Origin: Amoebophrya sp. A120
Taxonomy: Eukaryota > Protista > Dinoflagellata
NCBI GenBank assembly: GCA_905178155.1
Contig: CAJINV010000002.1
Coordinates: forward strand, 12,651,386 to 12,715,385
Direction: 5' to 3'
Length of the DNA: 64,000 nucleotides
Under the pieces are notes generated by a model, which was given only the letters and a program-made list of their open reading frames with translations, ran no database searches and was not told where the DNA came from. A program made the translations under genes and the position numbers. Below, one piece after another: positions 59,760 through 64,000 of the stretch. Each line of letters opens with the position of its first letter. The stretch's first letter is position 1.

Positions 59760-60345
59760 GATGCAAGTGTCATACGTGATAAGCATTTTACATGCGTGTG
59801 GGTGTGCAAAACCACCTAAGAATGATCAATAGATACACATCAAATCGCTTGAAGGCTGTCGTGAAACACACATGTGCAAGGGGCAATACATAATTTCCGA
59901 AGTCGGTTTGGCTCAGTGTCAGTTTTTGCCACGCTAATTCACTTTCGTAAACCAATGAATCTGACTATTGCGTATGATGATTTCCATCTTATAACTGCAA
60001 CATCTGAAAAAGGAACCAAAAACGCACGAGAGCTTATATAGGTCTGTTTCGGCTGTACTACAATTTTATACTCAAGGAGACGTATATTTTGCATATGAGA
60101 TGCGAAATAATCCTTCTCGTTTTCCAAATAAGTAGCGAGAATCCGCGTGACTGTGACCCGAGAATGAGGCAAGCACCACAGGCCTGCTTCTGCCGGCCCA
60201 ATGCTGCGAGTACTGCATGTGGAATTTGTTGGCGATGTAAAAACTGCATGCAACAGAAGCGCGACCGTATCTTTTGCTCCGGATGTGTAGCGAGAAGGAC
60301 CATTTTTGATATGATACACAGGAGGCGCTGATCTGGGACGCTTTT

Positions 60346-60708
60346 TTGAGCTTTCTAGAAGAGCCACCTGGTGCAGGATTACCTAAGAGTAAGTACGACG
60401 TTTTGAGCTTGCTCCTCGAAGACAAAACTGATCGGAAGTCGATTCTCAACACCGTTGCCCAAAGACACTTCCGGTGGGCGATCGGAATAGACGACGAGGT
60501 CAGGAACAACGAGAACCTCCCGCTGGGATTGCCGCTCTCGCTGAAACCGGCCTCCTTGCTCCTCGCTTATGGCGGTTCTGTTGCCGAGCAGCCAGTTGAA
60601 GCTTGGCGCAAAATGCTGCAATCACAACTTCGTGGGGAATACGTGACGAAGTTGCAAGAAGTAATGAACCAAGTGTTGTCTATAGAACCTGAAGGATATC
60701 TAGAATAA
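60346..60708 (+). CDS. Hypothetical protein exon
   Basis: 120-aa protein-like ORF co-oriented with its neighbours; no family recognised. Confidence 0.35.
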   Translation: MSFLEEPPGAGLPKSKYDVLSLLLEDKTDRKSILNTVAQRHFRWAIGIDDEVRNNENLPLGLPLSLKPASLLLAYGGSVAEQPVEAWRKMLQSQLRGEYVTKLQEVMNQVLSIEPEGYLE

Positions 60709-61905
60709 GGGTGGTTTCAACACCTGCTTCAAATCATGCAAAACCAATGGCTCGACGTCATCCCTCCAAGAGTGCTTCATACCTCCGGATTGCTGGTAAA
60801 AATACTTTATATTGAGTAAAAGCCATCCCGTGCTGCGATGCCGTACGAACCTCCGTGTGACGCGAGGTTCTTATCTGTCTGCAAACTAGACGAACGCTCT
60901 GAACTTTAGGCATGCGGCAGGGCACGCGCCAGGGCATTACAGCTGCAAAAGCCAGTTGTATAATAATTACTCAAGCAATCTCAAGCTTGCCAATGGCAAT
61001 GCGGACACCCATTTCTATTTGTTTAGCGTGGTCTCGGTCTCGTCGTCCCGTGGTTTTGTCACGGTCACTCTCATCTGTGTGACTGCGGGAGCGATGCCGA
61101 GAGGCTGTACAAGACTGGTGATGCCCCAAGGAGAACTCTACAAAGCTTTGTGCGGCAATCATGCGGTGTGGCTTTGTTTTGGTCAGGATAAGTGCAAATG
61201 TACGCAGGAGACCAAGAACCCAGCGGTGGCGACGATCGCTCTGACCCTTTTGATGATGCTATCAAATCGAATTGAAAACCAGTCTAAAACCAGACAAATC
61301 TAGTAGCAAGTTCCCGCATGCAGAGCAAGTTTGTATTTGTAAGCAGTGCCGAAGAAGCTTGTTCTGCATGTATTTGTAAGCATGTTGACAACTCCTGGCT
61401 CGCCTGATAGTTTTCTTGATTTTATTTCATTCCCTCCAAACTATCAAAGAAGCTTGTACTCGCCTTGTATTTGTAAGCATCAACAAGCGCGCCTCCGGTT
61501 GGTAGAGCGATCGGCTACCGAGGCACGTCCGGGGGCGTAGCTACATCAATCTCTTGAACACGAAGTGCGAGAATAGTAACGCGAGGGGGGCTCCAATTGA
61601 ATTTCCCTGCACCAATAGAACGGGCGGCGTTGTGCCGCTCAAGATACCTGGCGCGCGATGCAACCCAGTGCAGACAATTGAACTGCAGGGACTTTGGGTC
61701 GTTTCGAGGGCAGTTACTGGCCCACTTTGGTAGCTTGTATAGTGCCGGAGAAGTTCAAGTTCGCGCTAAGTTGTTTTGTAATCTTAGATGCTGCAGTTCG
61801 CGGCCACCCGAGATCTGTCTGGAATCAGGGACGTTTTTTTCAATGTGATCCCAGCCGTACTTTCCAGGTCAGTCGGATCAAAAATGGGACGCGCATCCTA
61901 CGGAT

Positions 61906-62553
61906 TTGCTCCGGTTTCCTGACAAACGGGAATTCTCGTTTGTGTTTGATGAAAACAAAGACACTTGGAAGCCAGAAGAATACGCGCGTACATTCGAAAG
62001 CTACTGTGATACACTAGCTCCAGACCCGGAGGCAAAGCGCTTTGCGGAGGAGGCTCGCGACAAAATTTCAAAAGCGCGCAAAGCTGCAGACGCAGAAGTC
62101 GGCGCCGAAAAAGAAGAAAAAGAAGAAAAAGAAAAAGAAGAAAAAGAAGATGAAAAAGAAGAAAAAGAAAAAGAAGAAAAAGAGGATGGAAAAGAAGCAG
62201 AAGAAAAAGAAGAAGAAGAAGGACCCTGGTGCACCGAGACCCCCTGCCCGCTTACCGGCCTAGGCGCAGAAAAAGAAGAAGAAAGAGAAGAAGGCAAAGA
62301 GGAAGAAAAAGAAGAACATCGTGAGAGGAAGGTAAACCCTTCACACGGAAACCACGACTCCATCACTAACAAACAAAACAAACAAGAAGAAGAAAAAGAA
62401 GAAGAAGGACCCGGGCGCCTGACAGCTACCGAAGTGATGAAATTCAAAGAGGCAGTCGCACAAGAAATGGCGCGACTGTTTGAAGTAGCAGGAAACAAGG
62501 CGAAGATTCAGCTACCTCCGCAAGATACTACGAGTCCAGAAAAGGTGACGTAA
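61906..62553 (+). CDS. Glu/Lys-rich hypothetical protein exon
   Basis: 215-aa ORF containing GAA/AAA microsatellite-like EEK repeats. Confidence 0.45.
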   Translation: MLRFPDKREFSFVFDENKDTWKPEEYARTFESYCDTLAPDPEAKRFAEEARDKISKARKAADAEVGAEKEEKEEKEKEEKEDEKEEKEKEEKEDGKEAEEKEEEEGPWCTETPCPLTGLGAEKEEEREEGKEEEKEEHRERKVNPSHGNHDSITNKQNKQEEEKEEEGPGRLTATEVMKFKEAVAQEMARLFEVAGNKAKIQLPPQDTTSPEKVT

Positions 62554-64000
62554 GAGTGAAGCCACGGGGTGTGCCTCGTCCTCTCCTATTGACGTAAACT
62601 GCGTTGCCTCGTCCGCTCCTATTGACGTTGATTCAAATTCGTATTGACGTAAACTGCATTACCATTGTCGATCCTTAACTCGGTTTTGGAGCGTCGACCT
62701 GGTGAAAGTGAAACGGACACCATGACCGTATTGTCACAAGAAAGAAAACAGACAAGATACTAAAGGCCCAGCGATGTAAGCAAGAAGATGAGTAGAAACT
62801 AGAGTTTTAGATAACACGAAAAACAGTACGTGTACGACAGTAGCTACAAGCAAAAAGCGTAAGACGTGCCCACAGCGACCTGCAGCGTAGAACAAAGAAG
62901 TAAGCGACAAGTAAGTGTAAGATGAGAAACAAAAAAATTAGTAAAAAACTAAAAGCAGCTCATTTAGGCTCGGAGCTTTTACTTTACAAAAGCGAAAAAC
63001 ACGACTACGCTTCAACTTTTCAGAACAGCACTACTTTGCAACCTTTCCATCAAAATAGCGCCTCCTTCAACTTAAACTTTTTCTTGTGCAAGTTCGTAAA
63101 CCGGCGAAAGCTTTCTTCAACTTTTCTTTAGCGTTTTGCTTTTTCTCAGGCTCAACAACAGTAACTTTCACAAGCTCGTCCTAGCTTCAGCAACAAAGAC
63201 GGATAAAGCACAGCTCCGCCTTTTTTTTACAAGTTTTAGACTTAGCAAGTTTTCACCTTTTCGACTCTTACAACAAAACTTTTTCGCTCTACCAGTTCTG
63301 TTTTTCTCAAGAAAGACCCCAACGTGGCTCGGTCTAACTGGTATTTTCATTGAAATAGCTTTAGAACCACGCGAGAAAAGGAACAAACTTCAGACGGAGT
63401 CCTCGCATCCATTTAAAACAAACAAACAAAACAAGAAGAGAGCAAATAAGAATATATAAGTGGCACATAAAATAATACTTGTAGAGACGGTCTGCGTCTG
63501 GAGATGCAAAGTGTCGTCCTGCAAAAAGCGTGTTCTTCTCCCAGTGTGCGTGTTCTAATGCTACGGGCTACCAAAAGTTCAAACCCTGGGCCGATCCTCT
63601 GAGTGACTTCCTTCCCGCAAATCTTTAGACTGTTTGATCCCGAACCCAGCACAAACAAGCACGAGAATAAGGATTAAGCGCAAGATCTAGAGCGAATACC
63701 CAAACAAATTGCACACCCAACCACAACACACGCGCTGAAGATCTACCACGCTGAAAACACTCTCTACACCTGAATGAGGGCGGGCGTGATGAATGTAGTG
63801 GCAACCTTTTTCGATTTTTTACAGGCTACGGGATCGATCGTTGAGCTAGGTGCTTTCTCTATAAACATCTTATGACGATTAAATGAATTCCCGCTATGTC
63901 AATTTCGCTTTTAGTCCATCACACAGCACGCACAGAACCAAGACCGTAAGGGCATAATCGTGTTTGGAATGGTTGTTAAGGATGCGTGAAAAAACATGAT

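Noticed and set aside
62572-62660. Short repeats GCCTCGTCC(T/G)CTCCTATTGACGT / TATTGACGTAAACTGC
   Set aside because: Only 2-3 local copies in a probable 3' UTR; most simply explained by slippage.

Overview
Eukaryotic, intron-containing genomic DNA. Co-oriented gene blocks plus many inverted-repeat, non-canonical introns suggest a parasitic dinoflagellate of the Amoebophrya/Syndiniales type (inference, not a database result). From 1 to 34.4 kb all genes I could model are on the minus strand: axonemal dynein heavy chain (5' part), a Cys-rich GPI-type surface protein, RNase H2 subunit B, STT3, a DXO/RAI1-like nuclease, AP-4 beta adaptin, an ankyrin protein and a TSP1/Cys-repeat membrane protein. 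A repeat-rich strand-switch region (about 35.5-47.5 kb) holds a ~9 kb tyrosine-recombinase retrotransposon with split direct repeats, an unusual YR-gag-RT order, four GT-AG introns and a nested MITE. Plus-strand genes follow: a NEK kinase with EF-hand-like motifs and hypothetical proteins. Eight TAT...ATA-ended inverted-repeat elements with 5-bp target duplications, in five TIR families that share a GCATNACA motif, sit mostly in coding exons. Precise removal restores the reading frames although no GT-AG is available (introner-like). An array of about 30 hairpins fills one AP-4 beta intron. All gene models were read by eye and need RNA-seq confirmation.
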